Positions 27,972 to 38,002 of a stretch of 64,000 nt of DNA are shown in pieces (within the stretch, counting starts at the first letter, position 1; the number at the start of each line of letters is the position of its first letter). Source of the DNA: an uncultured virus (IMG/VR IMGVR_UViG_3300035698_000446). Lineage: Duplodnaviria; Heunggongvirae; Uroviricota; Caudoviricetes. The stretch lies in the IMG/VR virus record IMGVR_UViG_3300035698_000446, one strand, 5' to 3'. Both the position numbers and the translations under genes were made by a program. The notes under the pieces are model-generated. The model saw only the letters and a program-made list of their open reading frames with translations, ran no database searches and was not told where the DNA came from.

Positions 27972-29066
27972 CTATTTTAGCCCTGCTAAACGTCGAATCT
28001 CTACAACATTGTTGTGCGATTCATCGTTGGCTTTAGCAGATTTATCACCAGACATTTCTACACGAGCTTCAGCTAACACGGGCCTTTCAGCTTTTGGTTT
28101 GCTAGAGTTGTTTAGTACTGCTGGCAGATACTTTTCATATGCATTCTGAAGACGTTCAGTTTGCACACCTTCGAGCAAGCTAGACATTACATCAGCTTTC
28201 TCTTTGTTTAGAGGTTTCAATAATTCTTCAAGTTTTGCTTTGCGAGCTACACTTTCAGTTATCATTTTAACTTCACGATTCTTACTTTCAACTAGAGCTT
28301 CTTTTTCTTCGATTGCTTTTTGACTTTCAGCTATGATTGATTCTTTCTTTTCAATTATTGCTTGAAGTTTAGCAAGTTCAGTGTTCTCATTTAAATGAGT
28401 GACAGCAAACTCGTTTGCAAACGCTTCAAAGATACGACGGCCAAACATGTTCTCGCGAGCATTTTGGATGTCTTCTTTTAGTTGAGCTAATTCTGAGCCT
28501 AGATTGTCTGTTACTGATTCTTTAACAAGTTTAGCTGAACGTTTAACAAAAGCTGACTGTAGTTCTGCTAGTTTTGATTTAGCTTCTGCTACTAATTTTA
28601 CTTTAGTTTCAACGACTGCTTTCTTGTCTTGGTCAAACTCTTTGATCTCTTCGGCTAAGGCATGGATAACAAATTTCTCTAACTTAGCAATAGCTTCGTT
28701 TTGAGTTTTGCGATCTGCTCTTAGTTCGTTGATTTCTTCTGCAAGTTTAGTAACTAGGAAGTTATTAAACTTACCTGCAGATTCAATCATGTGAGTTTTA
28801 AATTTCACGCGATCTTCTGCAAGAGCCTGTTTCTCTTCGGCAAACTCTTTGAGTTCAGCGGTGAGACTTTCAGTAACCATTTTGTCTAGAGCTTCAACCA
28901 TTACATTTTTGTCATGATCGTAGCGGCCAGCAAACTCTTCACGCAATTCAGCACGAATAGTTTCTCTGGCTTCATTAATTTGTGATTCCCAAGCTTCATT
29001 TAAAGCAGTTTGAGTTTCTTCATTAATGATGCCACTATCTAACAATGGTTTGATAGCGTCTAACAT
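27972..29066 (-). CDS. gp22: Prohead core scaffolding protein
   Basis: Glu/Lys coiled-coil, many L/I-x-E sites, between gp21 and gp23. Confidence 0.8.
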   Translation of the reverse strand: MLDAIKPLLDSGIINEETQTALNEAWESQINEARETIRAELREEFAGRYDHDKNVMVEALDKMVTESLTAELKEFAEEKQALAEDRVKFKTHMIESAGKFNNFLVTKLAEEINELRADRKTQNEAIAKLEKFVIHALAEEIKEFDQDKKAVVETKVKLVAEAKSKLAELQSAFVKRSAKLVKESVTDNLGSELAQLKEDIQNARENMFGRRIFEAFANEFAVTHLNENTELAKLQAIIEKKESIIAESQKAIEEKEALVESKNREVKMITESVARKAKLEELLKPLNKEKADVMSSLLEGVQTERLQNAYEKYLPAVLNNSSKPKAERPVLAEARVEMSGDKSAKANDESHNNVVEIRRLAGLK

Positions 29067-29075
29067 TGTGATCTC

Positions 29076-29717
29076 CTATTTAATTTTCAAATCTTTGATA
29101 AGACTAGTTACAGCCTGTTTCAAATATTTTTGTACCCTTTGATCTGCACTAGCTTCACGTGCCATTTCGAATACCTTTTGCCCACCTTTCATATTCATCA
29201 GTCCTTCGTAAATCGCTGTTGGATATGCATTAGGGGCACTAGGTTGTGCAACTACATCGACAGTGACTATTTCGAAGTCACTTACTTTGCCGTCTCCCTC
29301 GCTCACGTTTCCGCTACCACGAGATGAAACACCAAGTTTTACTCCTGATTCCAACATGGTTTCTACTAACTGACCCATTGGAGTAGGAAGAATCTTTAAT
29401 TTACCAAAGCCATTAGGTCCATCCATCCACATATCTGTGATCATATGTGACACACGGTCTAAATTAATTTTCAAATCATCTGGGTGATCTACTTCGCCTA
29501 AGACGCTATAGCCACCCTTGATTTGTTCATTTAATGTAGAAACGGCTGTTTCAATCTCAGTCACAGGATATACACGTTCATTGTGATTTTTAACGCCACC
29601 TTGAATGAATACTCCCTTCATGTAAAGACTCTTACCTTTGCCGTCAGCGTGAGCTTCGGATAAAATTTCCATCCTTGCCGCGTCAAATGTTAAGTGCTCT
29701 TTAAGATATAAAGCCAT
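29076..29717 (-). CDS. gp21: Prohead maturation protease
   Basis: 'GVFIQGGVKNHNERVYP', 'GEVDHP', 'GVSSRGSG', 'DVVAQPSAPNA'. Confidence 0.95.
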   Translation of the reverse strand: MALYLKEHLTFDAARMEILSEAHADGKGKSLYMKGVFIQGGVKNHNERVYPVTEIETAVSTLNEQIKGGYSVLGEVDHPDDLKINLDRVSHMITDMWMDGPNGFGKLKILPTPMGQLVETMLESGVKLGVSSRGSGNVSEGDGKVSDFEIVTVDVVAQPSAPNAYPTAIYEGLMNMKGGQKVFEMAREASADQRVQKYLKQAVTSLIKDLKIK

Positions 29718-29730
29718 TATTGTTTCCTAA

Positions 29731-30543
29731 TTATTTTCCTACTGGCGATTTTGTATCAGTGCCAGAAGCTTGTGTATTGTCTGCTGTTTCTTTTTTATCA
29801 AATGCTTTACCTGCTTTAGCACCTGGTTTGTTTAGTGGATCATTAACTAACTGACCTTTTGGTTTTGGAGCAGTAGCTGGTTTAGCACCATCTTGATCTA
29901 CATTTCCACCTGCTGACATATCAACTGGTTTACCACCCATATCGTTTTTACCAGCAACTGGTGATTTAGTTTGTGCACCTTGTTCAGTTTTTGCAGGAGC
30001 TGGAACTTTTTCTACGTATTCACGTACAATTTCTTCGTCTTCTTCAACTACTTCTTCGTCTTCTTCAACTACTTCTTCTTCAGACTCTGTAGCTTCTGCC
30101 ATTGGCATTTCTTCTTCACTTGGTACTTCCATTCCTACCATTTCTTCACCCGGTACTTCTTCACCTGGTACTTCTTCAGCTTCGCCGCCCATTAATGCGT
30201 CAAATTCTGCTTTAAGCTCGTCAAGTGCATCTTCAAGATCAACAACGCGGTCTTCAATTTCTTCTTCTGCTGGTGCTTCTTCAGCGTCAACATCCATGTC
30301 CATAGATACTTCATCGTCTTCTTCTTCGTCGTGTTCTTCTTCTGAAATGCCTTGTTCGTCAACGTTGATTTCGTCTACTAGATCGCTAACTTCATCAGTA
30401 GCAACTTCAGATAAATCTGCGTCGTCGATTAAATTTTCGTATATATCGCGTGATTTTTCAACAACGATAGTGTGAAATAATTCACGGGCTTCGTCATTCT
30501 GATCGTTGATAATGTGCTCAATTAGTTGTTCGTACTTGTTCAT
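29731..30543 (-). CDS. Acidic prohead core protein (gp67-like position)
   Basis: Very Glu-rich with EEVPG/EEVVEED repeats. Between portal and protease genes. Confidence 0.6.
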   Translation of the reverse strand: MNKYEQLIEHIINDQNDEARELFHTIVVEKSRDIYENLIDDADLSEVATDEVSDLVDEINVDEQGISEEEHDEEEDDEVSMDMDVDAEEAPAEEEIEDRVVDLEDALDELKAEFDALMGGEAEEVPGEEVPGEEMVGMEVPSEEEMPMAEATESEEEVVEEDEEVVEEDEEIVREYVEKVPAPAKTEQGAQTKSPVAGKNDMGGKPVDMSAGGNVDQDGAKPATAPKPKGQLVNDPLNKPGAKAGKAFDKKETADNTQASGTDTKSPVGK

Positions 30544-30672
30544 TCTGGTGAACTCCTTTTAAAAATAAAAATAGATCAAATATTGATTCGTGTATTCGTT
30601 ATGTTATGTATTTAACGAATTGTTTGGATTTTGTGGTTAAATGCGTTGTTTTTGATTGTTTTTGGCGGATAA

Positions 30673-30897
30673 TTACAGAGATGTCATGTCAGCAACTGGT
30701 GCTTTGTATTGGGTACGCACGGTTTCTAATTTCTGCTCATGTTCTAACTTACGTACATCATTCATTATACGTAATCGATTTAACTGTTTTAAGGTTAATT
30801 TGGTTTTGCGTAAGTCGCTGAGGTTAGATACGGTATTATCTTCTTTTTCCGTATTGTAACCTTGTGGTGTAGGTTCAAAAATTTCTAGTATATTCAT
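30673..30897 (-). CDS. Small head-cluster protein (start MNILEIFE)
   Basis: ATG 30897 lies 5 nt after TAAATA, immediately downstream of portal gene. Confidence 0.6.
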   Translation of the reverse strand: MNILEIFEPTPQGYNTEKEDNTVSNLSDLRKTKLTLKQLNRLRIMNDVRKLEHEQKLETVRTQYKAPVADMTSL

Positions 30898-30917
30898 AAG
30901 TGTATTTACCAAAATGC

Positions 30918-32627
30918 CTATAAACCTAACTCACCACCCGGTGCTTCTGGTCCAGATCCTGCTGTATCAACTCCGCCCAAGTCTCCAGGCTCCCCGTCGA
31001 TTGGTTCAATTGGGGTTAGGTTGTCTAGATCAGATTGTAGTCCAGCGGTTGTTACTCCAACTGATCGCAGTCCTGCTTCTGGTGCCGTCGTTGCTTCACC
31101 AGATTCATTTTCTTCATTCCACCACTCTTCATTTTCTTGCATTTCTTCTTCACTTAGATCTAGATATCGTTTGAGCAAGAAGCGTTTTGAAAGATATGGT
31201 GTTTGTTCCAGTTGTGTAAATGCTTGTATGCGTACTGCATCAACTTCTGCTTGCCTATATTTGGCAAAGTTCTGCGGCTCATTGAAACGGAGTTCAAACA
31301 CTGATCCATCAATGTTTACTCCTCTCCATCGCATGAACATTTTAAATTCTTGATCTAACTTGTCTACTATCAAACTTTGTAAACGTTTGCAATATTGATT
31401 AAATCTCCATTCCTGAATTAATGCTGTAGTACCACGACCGTCACTGTACCCACGTTCGCTGTCTTCAGCTCCTGTTGGTAGATATGAACTAGGAACTCTT
31501 AACCCACGTGCCAATTTATTGTTGAAATATCTTAGATCGTCAATCTCACCAAGATTTTGTCCACCTGGTAGTGTGGTAACGTCACTTCCTCTGCCGTCTG
31601 CTGTTACTGGGAAGAAGTAGTCTTCGTTTGTACTCAACGGATTGTATGTAGCATCCATCATGTTTTCACCTCCGCCAGTCTGAGTGGGAATGCGACGTTG
31701 GTGAATTTCATTTTTAATACGATCAACAAATGCCATGGCCATATGACTCGGCATATTACCCACATCAATTTTAAATACTCTACGTTCCGGAGCACGCTGT
31801 ATTCTATAGATAAGGATCGCATCTTCTAACAGTTGTTTTTGTTTGAATATCTTAAATACTGATTCTAATGCGCTGTTACCAAACGGCCAATTAAGATCTA
31901 ATCCTTCTGTTAGGCTTATATGTACTACGTGTTCTGCATTAATTGGTGCTTCATTTTGTGCATGGCTAAATCGACTTCCACCACTATAAGGCACATTTGG
32001 TTGTACATAGGCTCCACTTGGGCCGCCTACCTGTGGGTGGTTGATGTATGTGTCACTGGATGCAACTGACGTGGCTGTTAAATTCATGAAGTTAACATTA
32101 AGATCTTTGATCAGATATTGTTCTGGTTCTTTGCCTTCACTTTCGTTAACAATGACTTTAACTACCTTGTGCATCTCTGTCCAGTAAAGTTCGAATGTTT
32201 CCGGATCACGCAAGAATACTTGGTCACCATATTTTAAAACATTACGCACCAATTTGAATAATCTTTTATTCATTTGGTTAATACTGCACCATTGGTTTAG
32301 TTGATCTTTAAGGATTTTAATTTCGTTGTCTGTTGGTTTTTCTTTAAAGTATAGATCAAACCCAGTACCGTTTTCGATATTGGACTGTGTCATGAACTCG
32401 GCTAGTATGTCTAGGGCCGCATTGATTTCTGAGTCCTGATCCATCTGTTCGTATTGGTTGTATCGTTCGGTTCTGTTTGGATGGCCAATGTAAACTTCCG
32501 GAAGTTTACTAGCAAAATTACGAAATCCAGGATCAAGAGGACTATTACCTTTGTTACTATTGCCCAACGGACTCATTAGTCCACCAGATTCTGGATTTGC
32601 TTGTTTAAAATATTTTTTCCATGACAT
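30918..32627 (-). CDS. gp20: Portal protein
   Basis: 'LLEDAILIYRIQRAPERRVFKIDVGNMP', 'EDYFFP', 'TLPGGQNLGEIDDLRYF..KL.RGLRVPSS'. Confidence 0.97.
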   Translation of the reverse strand: MSWKKYFKQANPESGGLMSPLGNSNKGNSPLDPGFRNFASKLPEVYIGHPNRTERYNQYEQMDQDSEINAALDILAEFMTQSNIENGTGFDLYFKEKPTDNEIKILKDQLNQWCSINQMNKRLFKLVRNVLKYGDQVFLRDPETFELYWTEMHKVVKVIVNESEGKEPEQYLIKDLNVNFMNLTATSVASSDTYINHPQVGGPSGAYVQPNVPYSGGSRFSHAQNEAPINAEHVVHISLTEGLDLNWPFGNSALESVFKIFKQKQLLEDAILIYRIQRAPERRVFKIDVGNMPSHMAMAFVDRIKNEIHQRRIPTQTGGGENMMDATYNPLSTNEDYFFPVTADGRGSDVTTLPGGQNLGEIDDLRYFNNKLARGLRVPSSYLPTGAEDSERGYSDGRGTTALIQEWRFNQYCKRLQSLIVDKLDQEFKMFMRWRGVNIDGSVFELRFNEPQNFAKYRQAEVDAVRIQAFTQLEQTPYLSKRFLLKRYLDLSEEEMQENEEWWNEENESGEATTAPEAGLRSVGVTTAGLQSDLDNLTPIEPIDGEPGDLGGVDTAGSGPEAPGGELGL

Positions 32628-32628
32628 A

Positions 32629-33177
32629 TTATAGCGTTCCTATTAATTCTTTATTTTTTAAATAAGCATCTCTTCTTGCCTGAGTCCATTGTGTACCTTT
32701 GATTCCTTTATTCCATGGTATATTACCTTTAAGAGTATTAGATATCTTTTGTCTTACTTCGTTAGCAACATGTTTTCCTAAATTAGCTTTACGTATATTT
32801 TCTGCATGTTCTTTAGTTTTAGGTTGTCTATATTTTTGTTTATGTTCTTCTGTTCTTACTTTGCCGCGATTGGCTTTACTAATTTTGTGTTTAGTTTCTT
32901 CAGAATGTTTCCATCCTGTTGCACAAGCCCATTGATTTAATTTTATATTATCTAATACGCCACCGTCAATCTTTCTACCATATTCTCTAATCAATTTATT
33001 TTCTAAATTAAATGCCTGTTCTTCGGTTAAGGCCGATTTAACAATTATGCGTCTTTCAATGGGAGGCACTACCGTATATAGATGTTTTTGTCTAATACGA
33101 TACTTTGATCCCTTACCGATATAATAAGGGGTTCCTTGTTCAGTAACATACTGGTAAACATAAAATTCTGTTGTCAT
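32629..33177 (-). CDS. Free-standing GIY-YIG homing endonuclease with NUMOD3 motifs
   Basis: 'FYVYQY...PYYIGKGSKYR', 'AFNLENKLIREYGR', 'HSEETKHKISKANRGK'. Confidence 0.85.
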   Translation of the reverse strand: MTTEFYVYQYVTEQGTPYYIGKGSKYRIRQKHLYTVVPPIERRIIVKSALTEEQAFNLENKLIREYGRKIDGGVLDNIKLNQWACATGWKHSEETKHKISKANRGKVRTEEHKQKYRQPKTKEHAENIRKANLGKHVANEVRQKISNTLKGNIPWNKGIKGTQWTQARRDAYLKNKELIGTL

Positions 33178-33193
33178 AACAGTATTTATCGTC

Positions 33194-35191
33194 CTAGTAA
33201 CTGTTCTGTGCTATTTGTGATGTTAGGCTGTTGGTTGATTGCATGGCACGGAGTATTTCGGCTAGCACTCCTGTCTGTTGATTTATTGATGCGGTGATGC
33301 TACTGCTGTCTAGGCTTACGGGGATATTTCTACCGTCGGGTAACGGTACTACTGCTTCTGTGCCGTGTAGGACTTCAGAGTACCCACTTATAGGTCCTGT
33401 ACTGATGCCGCCTATGGCCATGCCAGGGGACGAAATAGCCTCACCAATAGTTTTTGGTGGTGTAAACCCAGGCGGAAGTGGCACTGGACTTGGTTCTGGG
33501 CCTTTTCCTGTTATAAAGTTTAGGAATTGTGCCATTCCAGCATTTATCTTTTCGGTCGTTTGTGCATAAGTGCCTAACAACGGTAAAAGTTTGTCTTCAA
33601 GCAACACTGCCATCTCTTGCGCGGCCCTAGTTGCTCCGGTCATTCCTGTTGTCAATGGATCTTGGGTGTCTTTAAGTTTAGCTACGCTAGCTAATACCCC
33701 GTCAACTCCTTCTTCGCTCATCCTGATGGCTTGGTTATATACGTCAATACCTGCTTGTGATACCGCTTGCAAACTTGAATCGCCTGTTGCGTATGCACCA
33801 ACGAATAACGCCTGATTTGCCCTAAATGAGCCAATCATAGCTTGTGCATATTGGGCATTGGCTTGGGCTACTGCCGTAGGATCAAACATGTTGTTTATAA
33901 ATTTGTCGTATAGCAATCGGCCTTTATCGGCGGCCGCCCTGTTAGTTGCTTCGTATATCGCCGCTTCTTGATTTATTACTGACCCGTTATATATCACTCG
34001 ATCTCTAAATGCTTTCTTCTCAGTTTCTGTCATCAATGCCATTGATGCGTCTATCTGGGCCGCTACTTCTGGACCCTTTTTGGCTATCTCATTTTGGAAG
34101 GCCGCAATCTGATTCTGTTCTTGTACCTGTTTAGTTTTGGCTTTAGCATCTTCACCGGTCAATGCCGATATTAATCTTAGATTTTCTGCATATTTCTGTG
34201 TTTCGACCGCTAACATGGCTGGATTAACTGATTGTGCTGTCCTGCGGATATTAGCCATTACCGTGGCTGTTATCTCTGCCTGTTCTTCAAAGCCATAACC
34301 TAAATTCTGTAGTTGCTCTCTTATCCGTCCGTTGTTCTGGTCAAATATTTTGCCGACCTCTCCGACCTTGCGGGCACCTTCAGCAACACCAACTCCGCTC
34401 ATGGCCAAATCGGCGGACTGCTTGCTTATTACTTTAGAGAATTGTTCTAGGGTCAGTCCAGCGCCCACACTGGCTTCACGCATACCAGACATACCATCAG
34501 CAAATATTGCACCACTGGCATTGACTGTGTTAAAGGCTTTTTCTGTCTTGGCCAGTTCCTTAGCAAGGACTTCAACTGAGAATTTTAGGAATTTTGCACT
34601 GGCTTCGGCGCCAAGTTGCATTGCCTTGCCACCAACATATATCACACTACCTATTGCGGCACCCCAACCTTTTGTGCCAGCTAGGTCTTTACCTACACTA
34701 GTTAAGAAGCCACCAAGGCCACCAACTGCTCCAGTTACAGCATCTATAGCAGAATTTAATAAGATTGTTGATACTTCAGTGCCACTAGCGCCACTTTGCA
34801 ATGATTTAGTTAAATCGGCAGTGAGTTTTGTTGCACCATTGGTAAGACTTTTTCCAAATGCAATGGATGCTTCTTTGGTCCGTTCATTGGCTGCCAGTTT
34901 AACTAGTTCTTCTCTTTGTTGGAGTAGTTTACTTTTTTTAGCGTTGTCTGCGGTGGTACTGCCTAAATCATCAATGGCATCGTCAAGCGATTCGATCGAG
35001 TTAACAATTTGTTTAAAGCTAGCACGACCTTTTTCAACATCTCTATTGAGATCTTTTAGAGCCTTTGTGAAGTCAACAGAACCTTTCTTGGCCGATATGC
35101 TAAGATTTTTAAGTTCGTTGGAGAGGGCAGGAAATCTATCAACTAACTGCTCAATCAGCTCCCGTGCCTTTTCTGCGTCTAAATCATCCAT
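33194..35191 (-). CDS. Tape-measure/baseplate hub protein (gp29-like)
   Basis: 665 aa Ala/Gly-rich helical protein with C-terminal 'GG...GP.SGY...LHGTEAVVPLPDG' typical of tape-measure proteins. Confidence 0.72.
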   Translation of the reverse strand: MDDLDAEKARELIEQLVDRFPALSNELKNLSISAKKGSVDFTKALKDLNRDVEKGRASFKQIVNSIESLDDAIDDLGSTTADNAKKSKLLQQREELVKLAANERTKEASIAFGKSLTNGATKLTADLTKSLQSGASGTEVSTILLNSAIDAVTGAVGGLGGFLTSVGKDLAGTKGWGAAIGSVIYVGGKAMQLGAEASAKFLKFSVEVLAKELAKTEKAFNTVNASGAIFADGMSGMREASVGAGLTLEQFSKVISKQSADLAMSGVGVAEGARKVGEVGKIFDQNNGRIREQLQNLGYGFEEQAEITATVMANIRRTAQSVNPAMLAVETQKYAENLRLISALTGEDAKAKTKQVQEQNQIAAFQNEIAKKGPEVAAQIDASMALMTETEKKAFRDRVIYNGSVINQEAAIYEATNRAAADKGRLLYDKFINNMFDPTAVAQANAQYAQAMIGSFRANQALFVGAYATGDSSLQAVSQAGIDVYNQAIRMSEEGVDGVLASVAKLKDTQDPLTTGMTGATRAAQEMAVLLEDKLLPLLGTYAQTTEKINAGMAQFLNFITGKGPEPSPVPLPPGFTPPKTIGEAISSPGMAIGGISTGPISGYSEVLHGTEAVVPLPDGRNIPVSLDSSSITASINQQTGVLAEILRAMQSTNSLTSQIAQNSY

Positions 35192-35223
35192 GGATCGTTT
35201 TTATTACCTTGTGTATTTGGTGC

Positions 35224-35263
35224 TATAAATAGTGTAAAGTACTAATCAATTATATATATTTAT
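35224..35263. promoter_or_regulatory. Two oppositely oriented T4-type late promoters serving the divergent tape-measure and gp26 genes
   Basis: TATAAATA on + at 35224-35231 and TATAAATA on - at 35256-35263. Confidence 0.75.
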
Positions 35264-35276
35264 AGGATTTTCGACC

Positions 35277-36137
35277 ATGGATCAAAACACTCCACAAGTT
35301 GCCTCAGCTAATCCGCTGTCCAAGCATTTTAGACAGCCCGCAATCTACTTCAAGTTGCCCAGTGGTGGCAAGTATTGGCCAGCAGATGCAATCACTATGC
35401 CAGCTACCGGTGAGATTGGTGTTATGCCAATGACTACCAAAGATGAGATAACATTAAAGACGCCAGATGCATTATTAAACGGTCAGGGCGTGGTCAACGT
35501 GATACAGAGTTGTTGTCCGGATGTCCATGATGCTTGGCAGATGCCTAGTATTGATGTTGACGCTACGTTAATTGCGATACGGATAGCCAGCTATGGTAAC
35601 CAAATGGATTTTACTGCTCAATGTCCTCACTGTAAAGTTGAAGACAGTCATGCTATCGACCTCGGAGTAACAATGTCAAGGATTACTGCTCCTAGTTATG
35701 ATGTTCCTTTAGCTGTTGATGGTTTGAAGATACACATACATCCGCAACCATATTTTAGCCTTAACAAAACTAACATGATCGCATTCGAGGAACAACAGAT
35801 AGTCAGGAGTTTAAGTGGACTAGAAGAAGATCCTGTTGAATCCAAGAAACGTTTCGACGAACATCTTGCTAAAATTATTGAAATGAACATTAACTTATTA
35901 GCCAACAGCACCAAATCTATCACAATCAGCGATGGCACTGTGGTAACCAATTTGGAACACATTGCAGACTTTTACAACAATGCTGACACTAAGGTTATTA
36001 AAAAATTACAGCAGTACTTAACAGAACTAAACGAGCTTGCTAGCATGAAGCCGGTAGATGCTGTTTGTCCAAATGACGAGTGCGGTAAGGAATTTCCCAT
36101 AAACATCACATTCGACTACGCAAGTTTTTTCGTATAA
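35277..36137 (+). CDS. gp26: Baseplate hub assembly protein / tail chaperone (gp26-like)
   Basis: 'FKLPSGG', 'PMTTKDEITL', 'DVDATLIAIRIASYG', CPHC and CPNDEC Zn motifs, terminal 'ASFF'. Confidence 0.78.
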   Translation: MDQNTPQVASANPLSKHFRQPAIYFKLPSGGKYWPADAITMPATGEIGVMPMTTKDEITLKTPDALLNGQGVVNVIQSCCPDVHDAWQMPSIDVDATLIAIRIASYGNQMDFTAQCPHCKVEDSHAIDLGVTMSRITAPSYDVPLAVDGLKIHIHPQPYFSLNKTNMIAFEEQQIVRSLSGLEEDPVESKKRFDEHLAKIIEMNINLLANSTKSITISDGTVVTNLEHIADFYNNADTKVIKKLQQYLTELNELASMKPVDAVCPNDECGKEFPINITFDYASFFV

Positions 36138-36361
36138 GGCTCTTAACTTTAGAACAAGCGGCAGTCGAAGAGCTGATTGACAGCTACGACAAAGAGATAA
36201 GGGCCTTAAAAGATGATGCGTTAAGGATGGCATGGTACATGCGTGGTGCCCTGAGCTATGACGAGGCTATGCAACTCGGGCTAACTGATAGAGAACTAAT
36301 CAACAAGATTATCAAAGACAATATCGAAACAACAGAAAAAACCAAGATGCCATTCTTCTAA
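36128..36361 (+). CDS. gp51-like frame, probably the -1 frameshift extension of gp26
   Basis: Open -1 frame FRIRLLTLEQAAVEELIDSYDKEIRALKDDALRMAWYMRGALSYDEAMQLGLTDRELINKIIKDNIETTEKTKMPFF*, entered at slippery T-TTT-TTC. Not in ORF track. Confidence 0.65.
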   Translation, partial: FRIRLLTLEQAAVEELIDSYDKEIRALKDDALRMAWYMRGALSYDEAMQLGLTDRELINKIIKDNIETTEKTKMPFF

Positions 36362-36365
36362 GATA

Positions 36366-36902
36366 ATGACTAATATAAAAAAATTTAGAAATAAGATACT
36401 GGAGACCCCTAAAATACTCAGCACAGGTAATCCTAATAACAGCTTATCTTTAGCGTACGGAATATCTACAGTATTACCAGATGTTGAGTTTATATCTAGA
36501 TCAACAGGGTTTGATTTAAATTTAACGCAGGAGGTTAATTTAAACAAATTTATTAGTAAGATTAAAGAATATAATATCTTTATAAATCTCAGCTACATAG
36601 ATGTTGGCTATCAGGTCAATCTTTTAAATACAATATACAATGTTTGGAAATTTGGACATGTAATAAACATCGGCAGTGTACACGATTGTATAGAATCTAG
36701 ATACGGGCATGATAAGAATATATTAAGATCTCGTAGTTTAGAATTAAACAACTATCGCATAAGAAGTTCTTATATATGTTTAGGTGAAATATCTCAAGAC
36801 CACTTAACCCCAATAGATGTTGGTCAGGTAATTACTTGGATATTGTCATCAAAATTTAACATACCAATTATTGGGTACGAACCAGAGAAAGGCCCGTGGT
36901 AG
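36366..36902 (+). CDS. Short-chain dehydrogenase/reductase-like protein (degenerate)
   Basis: 'SRSTGFDL', 'IFINLS', 'HVINIGS', YxxxK ('YGHDK'). Confidence 0.6.
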   Translation: MTNIKKFRNKILETPKILSTGNPNNSLSLAYGISTVLPDVEFISRSTGFDLNLTQEVNLNKFISKIKEYNIFINLSYIDVGYQVNLLNTIYNVWKFGHVINIGSVHDCIESRYGHDKNILRSRSLELNNYRIRSSYICLGEISQDHLTPIDVGQVITWILSSKFNIPIIGYEPEKGPW

Positions 36903-37834
36903 CATATTCTCCATCAAACATACACCAAAAACCTAGGTTGCAGATCGAACCAACAACTAGGTGTGTGCTAGGATGTCCTGCATGCTCAAGAACTGTTTTT
37001 TCTAAAACGTTAAAAAGACCTTATCCTAAGTATGATCAAAATGTCGATGATTTATATCAATTCTTAGACTGTGAGAAAGGACACGAGATTAAAACATTAA
37101 GTTTGTGTGGAGATCACGGCGATAGTATATATTACCCAAATTTATTTGATATGATTGACCGCTTTAGGTATAAAGATCTTGAATTATACACAGCAGGTAG
37201 TCATCAGTCTAGAGTGTTTTGGGATAAATTAGCCAACAAGATGACTGATCAGGACGTTGTGTTTTTTAGCATAGACGGTCTTAAAGATACTAATCATTTA
37301 TACAGAATAAACAGCGATTGGGATTCAATCATGCTAGGGTTAGATATTATGACAAACAGCCCGGCTCGTATAATATGGGATCTTAACGTGTTTAGCTTCA
37401 ACGAACATGAACTTAGTAATATTAAAGATTTTGCTAATAGCAAAGGTGCTGAGTTTAGATGCAAAAAAACGCCAAGGCATGGCAGTGACTCATTAATTCC
37501 ATCAGATACAACGTACATTGACACTTCTGCGATGTATAACAAATTGTTGTACAAAGACATATCAATTACCCCAAAATGTAGTGAAGAACATCAAATATCT
37601 GCAATGGGATATTATTGGCCTTGCGGGTATATACAATATCCATTTACATTATACAAAAGTAAAGTATGGAAAGAAAGAGACCAATGGCAAATTAAAGGAC
37701 AAACTTTAGATCAAGTGTCGACCAAACTATTATCTTGGAAACAAGAAATTGCTAATAATCCGCAGGATGCAGAATCTATATGTAAAATGAAATGTAAAAC
37801 CAACCAAGAATCAATCTACGTAGTTGATATTTAA
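36896..37834 (+). CDS. Radical SAM protein with C-terminal Cys (twitch/SPASM-like) region
   Basis: CxxxCxxC 'CVLGCPAC', 'LCGDHGD', 'FSIDG', C-terminal 'C...WPCG...CKMKC'. Confidence 0.88.
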   Translation: MVAYSPSNIHQKPRLQIEPTTRCVLGCPACSRTVFSKTLKRPYPKYDQNVDDLYQFLDCEKGHEIKTLSLCGDHGDSIYYPNLFDMIDRFRYKDLELYTAGSHQSRVFWDKLANKMTDQDVVFFSIDGLKDTNHLYRINSDWDSIMLGLDIMTNSPARIIWDLNVFSFNEHELSNIKDFANSKGAEFRCKKTPRHGSDSLIPSDTTYIDTSAMYNKLLYKDISITPKCSEEHQISAMGYYWPCGYIQYPFTLYKSKVWKERDQWQIKGQTLDQVSTKLLSWKQEIANNPQDAESICKMKCKTNQESIYVVDI

Positions 37835-37871
37835 ATGTGGCTTTTCTGCCACATGCGACATAGTTATCCTC

Positions 37872-37923
37872 TTGACAAAACTCAAAAAAGGTGTTATATT
37901 ATTATAGTAAGACTACCTAAATA
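37872..37923 (+). promoter_or_regulatory. Tandem early (sigma70) and late promoters for small membrane protein
   Basis: TTGACA-17-TATATT with extended TG (37872-37900), then TAAATA at 37918-37923. Confidence 0.65.
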
Positions 37924-38002
37924 ATAGAGCAGGATTAATTCTACGCTTTATTTTATAGTCTTGCTATTTTTAAAACGGGGCAATTCCCCAGGAGGAAGTA
38001 AG

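Noticed and set aside
30031..30182. Short TCTTCTTCA-type nucleotide repeats
   Set aside because: Explained by Glu-rich low-complexity coding sequence (EEVVEED, EEVPG).
34332..35228. 298-aa plus-strand ORF
   Set aside because: Antisense shadow of the tape-measure gene, with no recognisable motifs or SD.
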